Counted from the first letter of the stretch, positions 15,509-25,446 are shown. The stretch: DNA of 64,000 nt from Dehalococcoidia bacterium (GCA_965214735.1 OZ243977.1:1621801-1685800); one strand, 5' to 3'. Numbers and translations: made by a program. Notes: generated by a model not told the origin, from the sequence alone.

Positions 15509-15738
15509 TACACGGCTCCGAGGTGTCGCAAGATTATAGAAGTTCGACAAGTAAATTTTACAAATAAGGTAAAACTTCCTAGCGACTTTTTGAGTAATGA
15601 AACGATGCTCCTGCGTCTTTCATCTCTAAGCCTTTTAACCTTTACGGCTGCGATATCCACTTGATAGACAATGCTCTAGCCATCGCGTTTCGGATGGCTG
15701 GTAGCCTCGGCTTAATCAGGTGGTTAGTTCTAATGTGC

Positions 15739-16626
15739 CTAGACCGGCATGGTTCGCCCGGTTTTGGCGCGGCCGTATTCGGCGAACTCTTTGCTTGGCG
15801 CGCCGGTCATGCCGATGCCGACTACATCTATGAGATAGTCGACGGTCTCTTCCATGGTCATGTTGTCGTCTCGCCATCCTGAGTAGAAGGCTACGTTGGA
15901 CTTTGCACATGCGTCCTTGACGATATTGCGCGCGGTATCCATGTAGTCGGGATAGGGCGGATCGTGTGCGTCGGGATTGCCGTGCGACATGCCCATATCG
16001 CCGGGTCCCCATTCTGCGAATCCGATTCCTGGAACCGCAGCGATCTCGTCGGCGTTGGCGAGGCAGTGTCGATCTTCGATTTTCAGTCCGAGCAGTAGTT
16101 CGCCGTCGGGGTTGAGGGGCCAAGGGTCGGCGATATTGACGTATTTGCGTGCGTCGACTCCCCATATATCTGCTGGCGCACCCTGTCCTCCTCCTCCTCG
16201 AAGTCCTTCTGGGATTATGTCGCGCGCCGCGGTTTGGAAGGGGTATCTGGATGCTGCGACGAACCACTTGACCGCCTCGGGGTCTCTAGCGTGGGTGTGA
16301 AGGAGTCCGTGAATTCCGGTGCTGAGCGCGTGACGCATCTGCCAAGCGTTGTACTTGACCTCTTCTGGGGTGATGGCGTTGTGTGGCAGAGTTGCCACGA
16401 CAGTGGGAGTCAGGTGTCCGCTGGGTGTCGGGCCGCCGGCTTTGAGTCCTTTCATGAACGCGCCGAGTCCTCCGATATCGAAGTGGTGGTGCTCGAAGTC
16501 GACGAGTATCATGTCGGCCCAAGTTTGAGCGAGGTTCACGCCTGCTTCGAACGTTAGTTCGGGCGTGTGGGTTGCGTATATGGTTTGTCCCTGTTCAAGC
16601 AGATCGATGCATTTGTTGATTCGCAT
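15739..16626 (-). CDS. HpcH/HpaI aldolase-fold family protein (divergent subgroup), tandem paralogue A
   Basis: ILVDFEHHHFD and LGLKIEDRHCLANADEIAAVPGIGFAEWGPGDMGMS resemble the DxEH and IE...GxxDL motifs of HpcH/HpaI enzymes. The start at MRINKC has AGAGGA 5 nt upstream. The ORF maximum extends to 16668. Confidence 0.6.
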   Translation of the reverse strand: MRINKCIDLLEQGQTIYATHTPELTFEAGVNLAQTWADMILVDFEHHHFDIGGLGAFMKGLKAGGPTPSGHLTPTVVATLPHNAITPEEVKYNAWQMRHALSTGIHGLLHTHARDPEAVKWFVAASRYPFQTAARDIIPEGLRGGGGQGAPADIWGVDARKYVNIADPWPLNPDGELLLGLKIEDRHCLANADEIAAVPGIGFAEWGPGDMGMSHGNPDAHDPPYPDYMDTARNIVKDACAKSNVAFYSGWRDDNMTMEETVDYLIDVVGIGMTGAPSKEFAEYGRAKTGRTMPV

Positions 16627-16978
16627 TGTGTTCCTCTTTGGTTGACCAGCGGGATCGCCGTCGCTCATATTTTCGTCGCCTGTTCGTTGTCCCGCGCGAG
16701 TAACGCTAACAGATAGAGTTGGCGTCGTGTGTGATCGAGCAGGTAAATCAGTCCAACGATCAGCGAGACGTGACGTGATTGTGCTGGAGTGTGGTGCTAC
16801 GGTTGCTTTCTTTTATCTCTATCGCGCATCTGGGATCGTTTATGCATCCGACGACAATGGGGTTGACTCGCACGGGTTTCTCTTCGAACTCGAAGGAACA
16901 TTGACACCTACGACGTAGGCGGAGTATGGATACAGGATGAGAGTACCGGTGGCGACTAGGGCGTGTTAACACTAGCGT

Positions 16979-17766
16979 GTGGATCTGTGCTACGCTTTCC
17001 GCATGGAAATCACAGAATCTCAATACGAACGCATAGCTCCGTACCTGCCTGTGCAGCGCGGCAACGTCAGCGTCCCGAACCTCCAGGTTCTGAACGCGAT
17101 CCTGTATGTGGCCGAGCACGGCTGCAAGTGGCGCGGGCTGCCGGCCCGGTTCGGCAACTGGCACACGATCTATACCCGCATGAACCGCTGGTCGAAGAAG
17201 GGGGTTCTAGACCGGGTGTTCGAACACCTTCAGAGAGAACAGATAGTGCGTGTCAAGCTGGAGGCGGTCTCTTTGGACAGCACCATCGTCAAGGTGCATC
17301 CGGACGGGACGGGGGCCTTAAAAAAAACGGACCCCAGTCGATCGGGAAGTCCCGGGGCGGTTGGACCACCAAGATTCATATGGCTGCCGCGGATGCTCGG
17401 ACGGCCGTGACGTTCTCCCTGTCGCCGGGACAGGCGCACGACGCGCCGGAGGGTCGCCGGCTGCTCGAACGCCTCGGCCCGCAGCTCGGAAGCCCGCGGC
17501 TGCTGATGGATCGGGCATACGAGGGCGACGAGAGCCGCCAGCTGGCGCTGGACCTGGGCTTCGTCCCCGTGGTTCCGCCGCGCCGGAGCCGGATCGATCC
17601 GTGGGAGTACGACCGCGAGATGTACAAGCGGCGCAACGAGATCGAGCGGCTGTTCCGCCGGCTGAAGGGCTTCCGACGCATCTTCTCACGCTTCGAGAAG
17701 CTGGACGCGATCTTCACCGGGTTCATCATGTTCGCACTCATAACAGAGGCATTGCGCCAGTGTTAA
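16979..17766 (+). CDS. IS5-family transposase OrfAB, requires a -1 frameshift at the A8 run (OrfA alone = 16979-17410)
   Basis: OrfA ends at 17410. The -1 frame (C-terminal part of ORF 16963-17766) continues NGPQSIGKSRGGWTTKIH...DRAYEGDESRQL...NEIERLFRRLKGFRRIFSRFEKL (DDE domain). A slip on TTA_AAA_AAA_ACG gives exactly the copy-3 protein. Confidence 0.85.
17320..17327 (+). promoter_or_regulatory. A8 run containing an A_AAA_AAA -1 frameshift heptamer (IS copy 2)
   Basis: Counted directly. In the zero frame it reads TTA AAA AAA ACG. Confidence 0.7.
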
Positions 17767-17776
17767 CACGCCCTAG

Positions 17777-18664
17777 CTACACTGGCATCGTTCGTCCTGT
17801 TTTGGCCCTGCCGTAGTCGGCGAACTCTTTGTTGGGTGCTCCCAGCATTTTGCAGCCTAGGTCGTCGATCAGGATGTCGACTGTCTGCTCGGTGGTGAGG
17901 TCTTCGGTCACCCATGCGGCGTAGAATGCGACGTTTGCTTTTTCGAGGGCATCTTTCACTATGTTGCGTGCGTTATCCATGAAGTCTGGATATGGCGGGT
18001 CGTGTGCATCGGGGTCTCCGAATGACATTCCCATGTCTCCGGGTCCCCACTCCGCGAATGAGATTCCGGGCACTGCGGCGGTCTCTTCAGCGTTCGCCAA
18101 GCAGTGGCGGTCCTCGATTTTGAGTCCGAGCATCAGTTCTCCCTCGGGATTCATGGGCCAAGGGTCTGCGATCTGGACGTACTTCCGAGGGTCGATGCCC
18201 CAGATTTCGGCAGGCTTGCGCTGTCCACCGCCGCCGCGCAGGCCTTCGGGGATGATTTCACGTCCCAAGGTTTGGAAGGGGTAGCGACAGGCGGCTACGA
18301 ACCACTTGGTGGCTTCAGGGTTGCGGACGTGAGTGTGGAGGAGTCCGTGGATGCCGGTGCTGAGGGCGTGGCGCATCTGCCATGCGTTGTATCTGACTTC
18401 CTCGGCGGAGATGGCGTTGTGAGGCAAAGATGCGACGACGGTAGGTGTGGGGTGTCCGCTAGGAGTGGGTCCGCCGGCTTTGAGTCCCTTCATGAATTCG
18501 CCGAGGCCTCCGATGTCGAAGTGATGATGCTCAAAGTCGATGAGTATCATGTCGGCCCAGGTCTGCGCGGTTTCTACTCCGGCGTCGTATGAGAGCTCTG
18601 GTGCGCCGTGGTGATAGAACGGTTGCCCTTGTTCTAGCAGTTCGATGCATTTGTTGATTCGCAT
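17777..18664 (-). CDS. HpcH/HpaI aldolase-fold family protein (divergent subgroup), tandem paralogue B
   Basis: 295 aa, roughly 80 percent identical by eye to 15739-16626. GAGGA lies 5 nt upstream of the ATG. Its TAG stop (17777-17779) directly abuts the IS end at 17776. Confidence 0.6.
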   Translation of the reverse strand: MRINKCIELLEQGQPFYHHGAPELSYDAGVETAQTWADMILIDFEHHHFDIGGLGEFMKGLKAGGPTPSGHPTPTVVASLPHNAISAEEVRYNAWQMRHALSTGIHGLLHTHVRNPEATKWFVAACRYPFQTLGREIIPEGLRGGGGQRKPAEIWGIDPRKYVQIADPWPMNPEGELMLGLKIEDRHCLANAEETAAVPGISFAEWGPGDMGMSFGDPDAHDPPYPDFMDNARNIVKDALEKANVAFYAAWVTEDLTTEQTVDILIDDLGCKMLGAPNKEFADYGRAKTGRTMPV

Positions 18665-18866
18665 GATGTTCCTCGTTGATTGATCGGGGGGGAGTGTCTT
18701 CTCAGTTCAGTGGCAGGCGGTATGGAGTATGGCGACAAGAAACAGAGTGTCGGCTGTCCAAGACGGTTTCATCGATACGCAATCCACCCGCGGGATGTAA
18801 CGCTAACAGACAACAACCTTCTACGCATTTTGTGCTCGGGACGGACGGATGGGTTTCAGCAGGCTC

Positions 18867-19946
18867 TTACGGGGTGAGACGCCAAGGTATTCCAAGTTCT
18901 GCAGTGATTCCGCGGAACCAGTCGATAACTTCGGGATGGTAAGGGATGCCGTGTTCTCGCCGTTGTATCTCTTCTTCGTGTTCGGGCAATCCTGCGTAGA
19001 CTACTCTGTCCTCTCCTTCTGCGGGTGTGCAGTCTTGCAATGCTCGCATGTAGTCGTCCATGTCGGATTTGAATTGATCGACATCGACGAATGCTTCGAG
19101 TTTGTATGCGATGAAGTGGTGTGATGCTCCGCGTCGTCGATTTGGTCCGCCGCCGCTTCCTCCGAGGATTCCGCATAGAATCTCGATCATCACCGCCAGG
19201 GAGTAGCCTTTATGCGCGCCCAGTTCACGGGTGCCGCCCGCTGGGAGCATCATGTAGTCGTCGGGGATCTGACGTTCGTCCATGATCGGCGTGCCGTTGG
19301 TTTCGGCGATCCATCCCGGCATAACCGGGACTCCGAGACGCTTGGCGAGCACTATCTTGTTGCCGGCGACGCTGCTCATTGAGGCGTCGAATATGAATGG
19401 CGGCTCGTTGCGGGTCGGTGCCGCGATGCCTAGTGGGTTCAAGCCAACCAGCCGCTCGGCTCCGTGGACAGGTGCGACGGATACTCCGCCGGTAGTCATA
19501 GCGATGCCGATCATGTCGCGCTCGAGCGCCATCGCTGCGTGATATGCGCAGGCACCGAAGTGTCTGCCGTTGATAGCGGTGATGGTGCCGATTCCGTAGG
19601 TCTCTGCTCGATCCATCGCCATCTTCATAGCCATGGGTCCGATCGCCAGTCCGTGCCCGCCGTCACAGTCGAGGGTAGCCGCGGCTGGGAGCTCCCTGGT
19701 GATCTTGGGTTCGGGAGTAGGGTTTATTCCGCCTTGTCCAAAGGCTTGGACGTAGCTGCGAAGCATGTTTGAGACACCGTGGGATTCGATGCCTCTGGCA
19801 TCTGCGTATACGAGGACGTCAGCGGACTGGACGGCGTCATCGTCGGGCATTCCCATCTTGCGGAAGATATCTTCGACAGTTGCTCGCATGTCTTCGATTT
19901 GGACATGTACGGCGACATCGTGTGGGACGTGGAATCGTTCTAGCAC
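18867..19946 (-). CDS. Ldh_2 family (malate/L-lactate/sulfolactate-type) dehydrogenase
   Basis: ADARGIESHGVSNMLRSYV...DGGHGLAIGPMAMKMAMDRAETYGIGTITAINGRHFGA is typical of the Ldh_2 family. Confidence 0.8.
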   Translation of the reverse strand: MLERFHVPHDVAVHVQIEDMRATVEDIFRKMGMPDDDAVQSADVLVYADARGIESHGVSNMLRSYVQAFGQGGINPTPEPKITRELPAAATLDCDGGHGLAIGPMAMKMAMDRAETYGIGTITAINGRHFGACAYHAAMALERDMIGIAMTTGGVSVAPVHGAERLVGLNPLGIAAPTRNEPPFIFDASMSSVAGNKIVLAKRLGVPVMPGWIAETNGTPIMDERQIPDDYMMLPAGGTRELGAHKGYSLAVMIEILCGILGGSGGGPNRRRGASHHFIAYKLEAFVDVDQFKSDMDDYMRALQDCTPAEGEDRVVYAGLPEHEEEIQRREHGIPYHPEVIDWFRGITAELGIPWRLTP

Positions 19947-20167
19947 TCGATCTGCCCTTTCTTCATCGGCAGCGTCGCAGAAGCTAAGCGCGAAACGGCG
20001 CGGCTTTCGGGTTGCGGCATTGCCTAAATCGATCGATTCGAAAGTATATCTGGCATCACCGCTGGTGTGTGAAATGGGTTATATTCACGTGCAACATGTG
20101 AGTGTCGGTCGGTGCTGCTATGTTGCGCTACCGCATTGAAGCCAATCGAGATAGAGGAGGTTGAGAG

Positions 20168-21283
20168 ATGCCTAGGGGAAGAGTCGCAGTATTCATGGCG
20201 TCGGGAGTTCCGTTCGAGATCGAGGAACTGCCGACTCCGGAAGTCAAGCCGGGCGGGATATTGATCAAGAACACTCACGCTGTGATCTGCGGTTCGGATC
20301 TGCATGGATGGCGCGGTGATGGGGATAATCCTCCACCGCCGAGTCGACGGGTCACTGGGCATGAGTTCACGGGCGTGGTGCATACGATCACGGAGGGTGC
20401 AGAGACGGATTCTCTACGTCGCCCGTTGAGAGAGGGTGACAGAGTGGCGTTTCCGTTCTTCAATCCTTGCAATCGCTGCTACTGGTGCATCCGAGGCGAG
20501 CATCACGCGTGTCCGCATAGGTCTAGGAATAATCATCAGGGGCTAGACCGTCATCCGTACTGCGATGGTGGGATGGCTGACTACTACTATCTTCCTCCGG
20601 GTCACTATATCTTCAAGGTTCCGGACGAACTTGCGACGGATGTTGTTCCCCCAGTTAACTGCGCGCTTGCTCAGGTGATGTTCGGTTTGGAACGGGCGAA
20701 GATGGATTTCGGTGACACTGTGGTTATTCAAGGTGCAGGTGGACTAGGCACTTTTGCGACTGCGGTTGCGTCGGAGAAGGGGGCGTCTAAGGTGATCGTG
20801 ATCGACGGTCAGCAACCGCGTCTGGATCTGGCGATGAAGTGCGGTGCGACGCACACGATCTCTATGATGGATTATCCGACTCCGCAATCGAGGGTCGAGA
20901 GAGTGCGGGAGCTTACGCACGGCGTCGGCGCGGATGTCGTTGTGGAGGTGGTAGGCATTGCGGCGGCGACGCTGGAGGGTTTGGACATGGTTCGAACCAA
21001 CGGCAAGTACATAGACATCGGCAATATAGGGGGTGGGAGCATTGAGTTCCCGGCTCTGAAGATTATCGGCAACCAGACCCAATGGCTCGGGACCACGCAT
21101 TACGATCCTTGGATCATCGAGGCGGCGTTGCAGTTCTTGGTCCGAGTTCAGGATCGGATGCCGGTTGCTAACGTCGTTTCACACAAGTATCCGCTCGAGG
21201 GGATCAACGATGCGTTCGAGTTCGCTGAGTGGCAGGGCCGTGAAGGCGGCACATCGGCGAACCGGGTGGCGCTGACGATGTGA
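20168..21283 (+). CDS. zinc-dependent alcohol dehydrogenase (MDR superfamily)
   Basis: GHEFTGVV, the structural-Zn Cys cluster CNRCYWCIRGEHHAC and the Rossmann motif VVIQGAGGLG. GAGGAGG RBS. Confidence 0.85.
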   Translation: MPRGRVAVFMASGVPFEIEELPTPEVKPGGILIKNTHAVICGSDLHGWRGDGDNPPPPSRRVTGHEFTGVVHTITEGAETDSLRRPLREGDRVAFPFFNPCNRCYWCIRGEHHACPHRSRNNHQGLDRHPYCDGGMADYYYLPPGHYIFKVPDELATDVVPPVNCALAQVMFGLERAKMDFGDTVVIQGAGGLGTFATAVASEKGASKVIVIDGQQPRLDLAMKCGATHTISMMDYPTPQSRVERVRELTHGVGADVVVEVVGIAAATLEGLDMVRTNGKYIDIGNIGGGSIEFPALKIIGNQTQWLGTTHYDPWIIEAALQFLVRVQDRMPVANVVSHKYPLEGINDAFEFAEWQGREGGTSANRVALTM

Positions 21284-21368
21284 TTCTTCCGTCGGGACGT
21301 AGGCATGAGCTTCGGCTCGGTTGTTTCTGGATAGTCGATTGGTCAACGCTCCCAGATACTAGAAGCAG

Positions 21369-22790
21369 ATGATTCTTGCAAATGCCTATTCATACGGAAG
21401 AGCGTTGACGGCAGCAACCGTTGCCAGTGCATCATTAGCGTTAGCCTCTGCGTTAGCAGTCATAAGCTGTGCAGCGGCTCAGTCCACTCCGACAAACACT
21501 TCGAGAATTGCGGATTCTACTCCGACGCCTCTGAGGTATGCGATTTACCTCTTTAAGCCGACAGAGATGCCCGCGCCGAAGCCTTCGCAGAACCCCGTTA
21601 CAGCGACATCTACCCCTGAACCAACGATGACTGCCACGGTTACGGTCGAACCTTCAGTCATTCCCGCAGAATCCACATCAGCGACCTCCTTCTACGTCAG
21701 CTGCGAGGAGGCGGAAGAAGACGGCGCGGAGCGAGTGAGAGGAAACATAGGAGAAGGGTTGGGATTCCATGAATCGTTAATCCCGAGCGTCATAGATGGA
21801 GACAGCGACGGAGTGGTATGCGAGGTACCGCCTGCGCCTGTCACATCTACACAGTCCCCTGCAACCGTCGCAGCCGCCACCGTCGATGCGAATCGCACCC
21901 CTGATGCTGCCGCCGAATCGACTGAGATGCTTGAAATCTACGCCAGCTGTGAGGAGGCTGAAGAGGACGGCGCGGAGCGAGTGAAGGGTAGCAAAGGAGA
22001 CGGGCGGGGATTCCCCGAATCGTCAGTCCCAAACGTCAGAGACGGCGACGGCGACGGAGTGGTCTGCGAGGTATCGCCTGCCGCATCTACTACACAGCCC
22101 CCTGCAACCGTCGCAACAGTCCCCGTCGATGCGACTCGCACCCCTGAGGCTGCCACCGAATCGACAGGAACACTTGAAGTCTACGCCAGCTGCGAGGAGG
22201 CTGAAGAAGACGGCGCGGAGCGAGTGAAGGGGAGCAAAGGAGAAGGACGGGGATTCCCTGAATCGTCAGTACCAAGCGTCAGAGACGGCGACGGCGATGG
22301 AGTGGTCTGCGAGGTATCGCCTGCTGCATCTACACAGAACCCTGCAACCGCCGCAACAGTCCCCGTCGATGCGACTCACACACCTGAGGCTGCTACCGAA
22401 TCGACAGCGACATTTGAAATCTACACCAGCTGTGAGGAGGCTGAAGAGGACGGCGCGGAGCGAGTGAAGGGGAGCAAAGGAGAAGGACGGGGATTCCCTG
22501 AATCGTCAGTACCAAGCGTCAGAGACGGAGATGGCGACGGAGTGGTCTGCGAAGTATCACCTGCTGCATCTACACAGAACCCTGCAACCGCCCCCGTCGA
22601 TGCGAATCGCACCCCTGACGCTGCCAGCGAATCGACAGCGACATTTGAAATCTACGCCAGCTGCGAGGAGGCTGAAGAAGACGGCGCGGAGCGAGTGAAG
22701 GGTAGCAAAGGAGACGGGCGGGGATTCCCTGAATCGTCAGTACCGAGCGTCAGAGATGGAGATGGCGACGGGGTGGTCTGCGAGCGATAG
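21369..22790 (+). CDS. secreted lipoprotein with five tandem Excalibur calcium-binding domains
   Basis: Lipobox AVISC. Five copies of (Y)[14 protein letters not shown](K/R)GxxGxGxGF...[10 protein letters not shown] are separated by Pro/Thr/Ala linkers. Confidence 0.8.
   Translation: MILANAYSYGRALTAATVASASLALASALAVISCAAAQSTPTNTSRIADSTPTPLRYAIYLFKPTEMPAPKPSQNPVTATSTPEPTMTATVTVEPSVIPAESTSATSFYVSCEEAEEDGAERVRGNIGEGLGFHESLIPSVIDGDSDGVVCEVPPAPVTSTQSPATVAAATVDANRTPDAAAESTEMLEIYASCEEAEEDGAERVKGSKGDGRGFPESSVPNVRDGDGDGVVCEVSPAASTTQPPATVATVPVDATRTPEAATESTGTLEVYASCEEAEEDGAERVKGSKGEGRGFPESSVPSVRDGDGDGVVCEVSPAASTQNPATAATVPVDATHTPEAATESTATFEIYTSCEEAEEDGAERVKGSKGEGRGFPESSVPSVRDGDGDGVVCEVSPAASTQNPATAPVDANRTPDAASESTATFEIYASCEEAEEDGAERVKGSKGDGRGFPESSVPSVRDGDGDGVVCER
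21640..22787 (+). repeat. five tandem coding repeats of about 231-246 bp (Excalibur units)
   Basis: The CTACG(C/T)CAGCTG(C/T)GAGGAGGC motif recurs at about 21692, 21938, 22181, 22421 and 22652. Confidence 0.85.
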
Positions 22791-22876
22791 CCTCAACTGG
22801 GGCTGGCTTTTCTGGGCGACGCTCATGTAACTTGCTATCTATGTACCTCTTGGCTTTGGATTCAGACTCCCGGACG

Positions 22877-24613
22877 ATGAAGATGCAACTGACGGTTGGC
22901 AGAGCGTTGATACTAACTACGGTATTCAGTGTTGGGTTGGCTTTGGTGAGCTGCGCAGATGCGGAATCTACGCTCGAATCCGCCCCGACACTCGTATCGA
23001 CTCCCACATCTCTCGCTGAGCCATCTCCCACACATACAGCCACGCCAACGGCTACCGTCTCATCTTCCGCTTCTATCTCCGCAAACACACCGACACCTGC
23101 ATCTCTGCCTGAAAATGAGTATCAAGTCGAGATAGTCGAAGTGATCGATGGCGACACCATCGATGTGGATGTCTTAGACGTGGCCATCGAGGGCCTGAAG
23201 AAACAGCGGATCCGCTTAGAGGGATTGGACGCTCCAGAGACGCGCACAACCGATCTCTTTGAGAAGGCATGCGGTCTCTACTCAAAGGAGCGGGTGTCAG
23301 AGTTTCTGGTGATTCACTCGCCTTTCGTGATGATCACTGAGTTTGAAGACGGAGCGTTCGGGCGCATACTCGGAGACCTCAAATCGGAATCAGGCGTCTT
23401 TCTATCCCGATTCATGCTGGATGAACGTCTTGCGGTGCAGTACGACGCTACGAGCCCCAGGGACTTCGAAGACCATCGCGCCAACTGCCAGCATCATCTC
23501 GACTCGGGGAACATATCATTTTCCGAATCCGTAGAAGCTTTCAAGACTGGCGATGAACCTGCAACTGCGCCTGATACCGTTGCCGAACCTCCCGCCCCGA
23601 CACTCGTATCGACTCCCGCATCTCTCGCTGAGCCATCTCCCACACACACAGCCACGCCAACGTATACCTTCTCATCTTCCGATTCCATCTCCGCGCGCAC
23701 ACCGACACCTGCATCTCTGCCTGAAAATGAGTATCGAGTCGAGATAGTCGAAGTGATCGATGGCGATACCATCGATGTGGATGTCCTAGACGTGGCTATC
23801 GAGGGTCTGAAGGAACAGAGGATCCGCTTAGAGGGGTTGGACGCTCCAGAGACGCGCACAACCGATCTCTTTGAGAAGGCATGCGGTCTCTACTCAAAGG
23901 AGCGGGTGTCGGAGTTTCTGGTGATCCACTCGCCTTTCGTGATGATCACCGAGTTTGAAGACGGAGCGTTCGGGCGCATACTCGGAGACCTCAAATCGGA
24001 ATCAGGCGTCTTTCTATCCCGATTCATGCTGGATGAACGTCTTGCAGTGCAGTACGATGCTACGAGTCCCAGGGACTTCGAAGATCATCGCGCCAACTGC
24101 CAGCACCATCTCGACTCGGGGGACATATCATTTTCCGAATCCCTAGAAGCTGTCAAGCTCGACGATGAACCTGCAACCGCGCCTGATACCGTTGCCGAAC
24201 CTCCCGCAACCGCCATACCCGCCGATGAAATGACGGAGCCAGTCCAAACCTACGGCAGCTGCGAAGAAGCTGAAGCGGCTGGTGTGGAGCGAGTCAGGGG
24301 AAGCAATGGAGACGGGCTGGGATTCCGTGGGGAGATTATCCGCAAAGGTCCCAGAGATGGCGATGATGATGGCGTGGTCTGTGAGGTATCGCCCGGCACA
24401 TATATAGAGCCCGCGGCAACCGCCATACCCGCCGATGAAATGACGGAGCCAGTCCAAACCTACGGCAGCTGCGAAGAAGCTGAAGCGGCTGGTGTGGAGC
24501 GAGTCAGGGGAAGCAAAGGAGACGGGCTGGGATTCCCTGAGGAGATTATCCGCAAAAGTGGTAGAGGGGTTCCCAGAGATGGCGATGATGATGGCGTGGT
24601 CTGTGAGAAGTAA
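22877..24613 (+). CDS. secreted lipoprotein: two thermonuclease (SNase-like) domains plus two Excalibur domains
   Basis: [26 protein letters not shown] lipobox. [11 protein letters not shown]...[12 protein letters not shown] (SNase signature) occurs twice, and [18 protein letters not shown]...[10 protein letters not shown] occurs twice. The ORF maximum starts at 22832 (TTG). Confidence 0.8.
   Translation: MKMQLTVGRALILTTVFSVGLALVSCADAESTLESAPTLVSTPTSLAEPSPTHTATPTATVSSSASISANTPTPASLPENEYQVEIVEVIDGDTIDVDVLDVAIEGLKKQRIRLEGLDAPETRTTDLFEKACGLYSKERVSEFLVIHSPFVMITEFEDGAFGRILGDLKSESGVFLSRFMLDERLAVQYDATSPRDFEDHRANCQHHLDSGNISFSESVEAFKTGDEPATAPDTVAEPPAPTLVSTPASLAEPSPTHTATPTYTFSSSDSISARTPTPASLPENEYRVEIVEVIDGDTIDVDVLDVAIEGLKEQRIRLEGLDAPETRTTDLFEKACGLYSKERVSEFLVIHSPFVMITEFEDGAFGRILGDLKSESGVFLSRFMLDERLAVQYDATSPRDFEDHRANCQHHLDSGDISFSESLEAVKLDDEPATAPDTVAEPPATAIPADEMTEPVQTYGSCEEAEAAGVERVRGSNGDGLGFRGEIIRKGPRDGDDDGVVCEVSPGTYIEPAATAIPADEMTEPVQTYGSCEEAEAAGVERVRGSKGDGLGFPEEIIRKSGRGVPRDGDDDGVVCEK
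22981..24204 (+). repeat. 2 x 612 bp near-identical tandem duplication (whole SNase module)
   Basis: CGCCCCGACACTCGTATCGACTCCC occurs at 22981 and again at 23593. The two units differ at only scattered positions. Confidence 0.9.
24207..24610 (+). repeat. 2 x ~210 bp tandem duplication (Excalibur module)
   Basis: CAACCGCCATACCCGCCGATGAAATGACGGAGCC occurs at 24207 and 24417. Confidence 0.85.
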
Positions 24614-24616
24614 CCA

Positions 24617-24690
24617 CCGGCTACGAACGTTATTTCACACAAGTGTCCGCTTGAGTAAATCGACGACGCATTCGGGTTTGATGAGTGGCG
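24617..24690 (+). pseudogene. relic of an MDR alcohol-dehydrogenase 3' end (degenerate duplicate of 21161-21233)
   Basis: About 80 percent nt identity by eye. It translates to PATNVISHKCPLE*IDDAFGFDEW, versus PVANVVSHKYPLEGINDAFEFAEW at the end of the intact ADH. It contains an in-frame stop. Confidence 0.65.
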
Positions 24691-24756
24691 CATCAGCCGC
24701 GGGAGTGTCGGGCATGTGCGGGGATTATGGGGTTGCGCGGTTCTCGGTTGGAGGGT

Positions 24757-25446
24757 TTAGATTTGTGGTTTCTGAAGGTGTGTAGTGTCGTTTAAGGATT
24801 GTGCACGCCAGACGTTGCGTAGGTGGCTGTGCTCCTTCAAGACGGTTATGCTCGTGTTGTCGATGTTGAAGCGCCATTGGTCTCTGATTCTCAGTTTGAG
24901 GAACTGGGCCAAGAGCGTCTGGATCGGTCCGCCGTGTGCGACGATCAGGATCGCGTCGTTCGTTTGTGCATGCTTGATTACGAGCTCGTCGACGAAGGTG
25001 GCTATTCGGTGCCACATGTCACGCTCGCTTTCGCCTTCTGGAAAGGTGGCATCTGGTCGAGTCTCCCAATCGATCCACTTCCAGAAGAATTCGGGGTCTT
25101 GGTCGCGGATGGTTGACCACGGAGTGTTTTCGTAGTCGCCGTAGTACGTTTCTCGGAGTTCGGAACGCAGTGCAAATTTCAGGTCTGGTCTGAGCTTGAG
25201 CAGAGGCTCTGCGGTGTTTACGGCACGTTGAAGGTCACTGGAGTACACGGCTGAAAAGTCGGTTTTGGCGAGGTGGCGTGCGAGGATGTTTGCTTGACGC
25301 ACGCCTTTCTCAGTTAGGGGCGCGTCGTAGTGCCCCTGCGCCTTGTCTTCGGCGTTGCCGCCGGTCTGACCGTGGCGAACCAAGATGATGGATCTGTTGT
25401 TCAACCCGACGACCCCGTCCTCGGTGGCGATCAACGGTAGTTCCAA
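24757..25446 (-). CDS. histidine phosphatase (phosphoglycerate mutase-like) family protein
   Basis: LVRHGQTGGN (RHG motif) and VAHGGPI. Confidence 0.8.
   Translation of the reverse strand: MELPLIATEDGVVGLNNRSIILVRHGQTGGNAEDKAQGHYDAPLTEKGVRQANILARHLAKTDFSAVYSSDLQRAVNTAEPLLKLRPDLKFALRSELRETYYGDYENTPWSTIRDQDPEFFWKWIDWETRPDATFPEGESERDMWHRIATFVDELVIKHAQTNDAILIVAHGGPIQTLLAQFLKLRIRDQWRFNIDNTSITVLKEHSHLRNVWRAQSLNDTTHLQKPQI

Larger units (their letters stand above)
16956..17776 (+). mobile_element. IS5-family (IS427/IS1031-like) insertion sequence, copy 2 (821 bp, A8 version)
   Basis: The ends are CTAG-GGCGTGTTAACACTAGCG ... CGCCAGTGTTAACACGCC-CTAG. It sits between two tandem paralogous genes. Confidence 0.9.

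Noticed and set aside
15531-15550. Extended start (MSNFYNLATPRSRV...) for binding-protein paralogue 2
   Set aside because: The extension would place the TATAAT-like -10 element inside the ORF. The internal Met gives a proper lipoprotein signal peptide preceded by GGAG.
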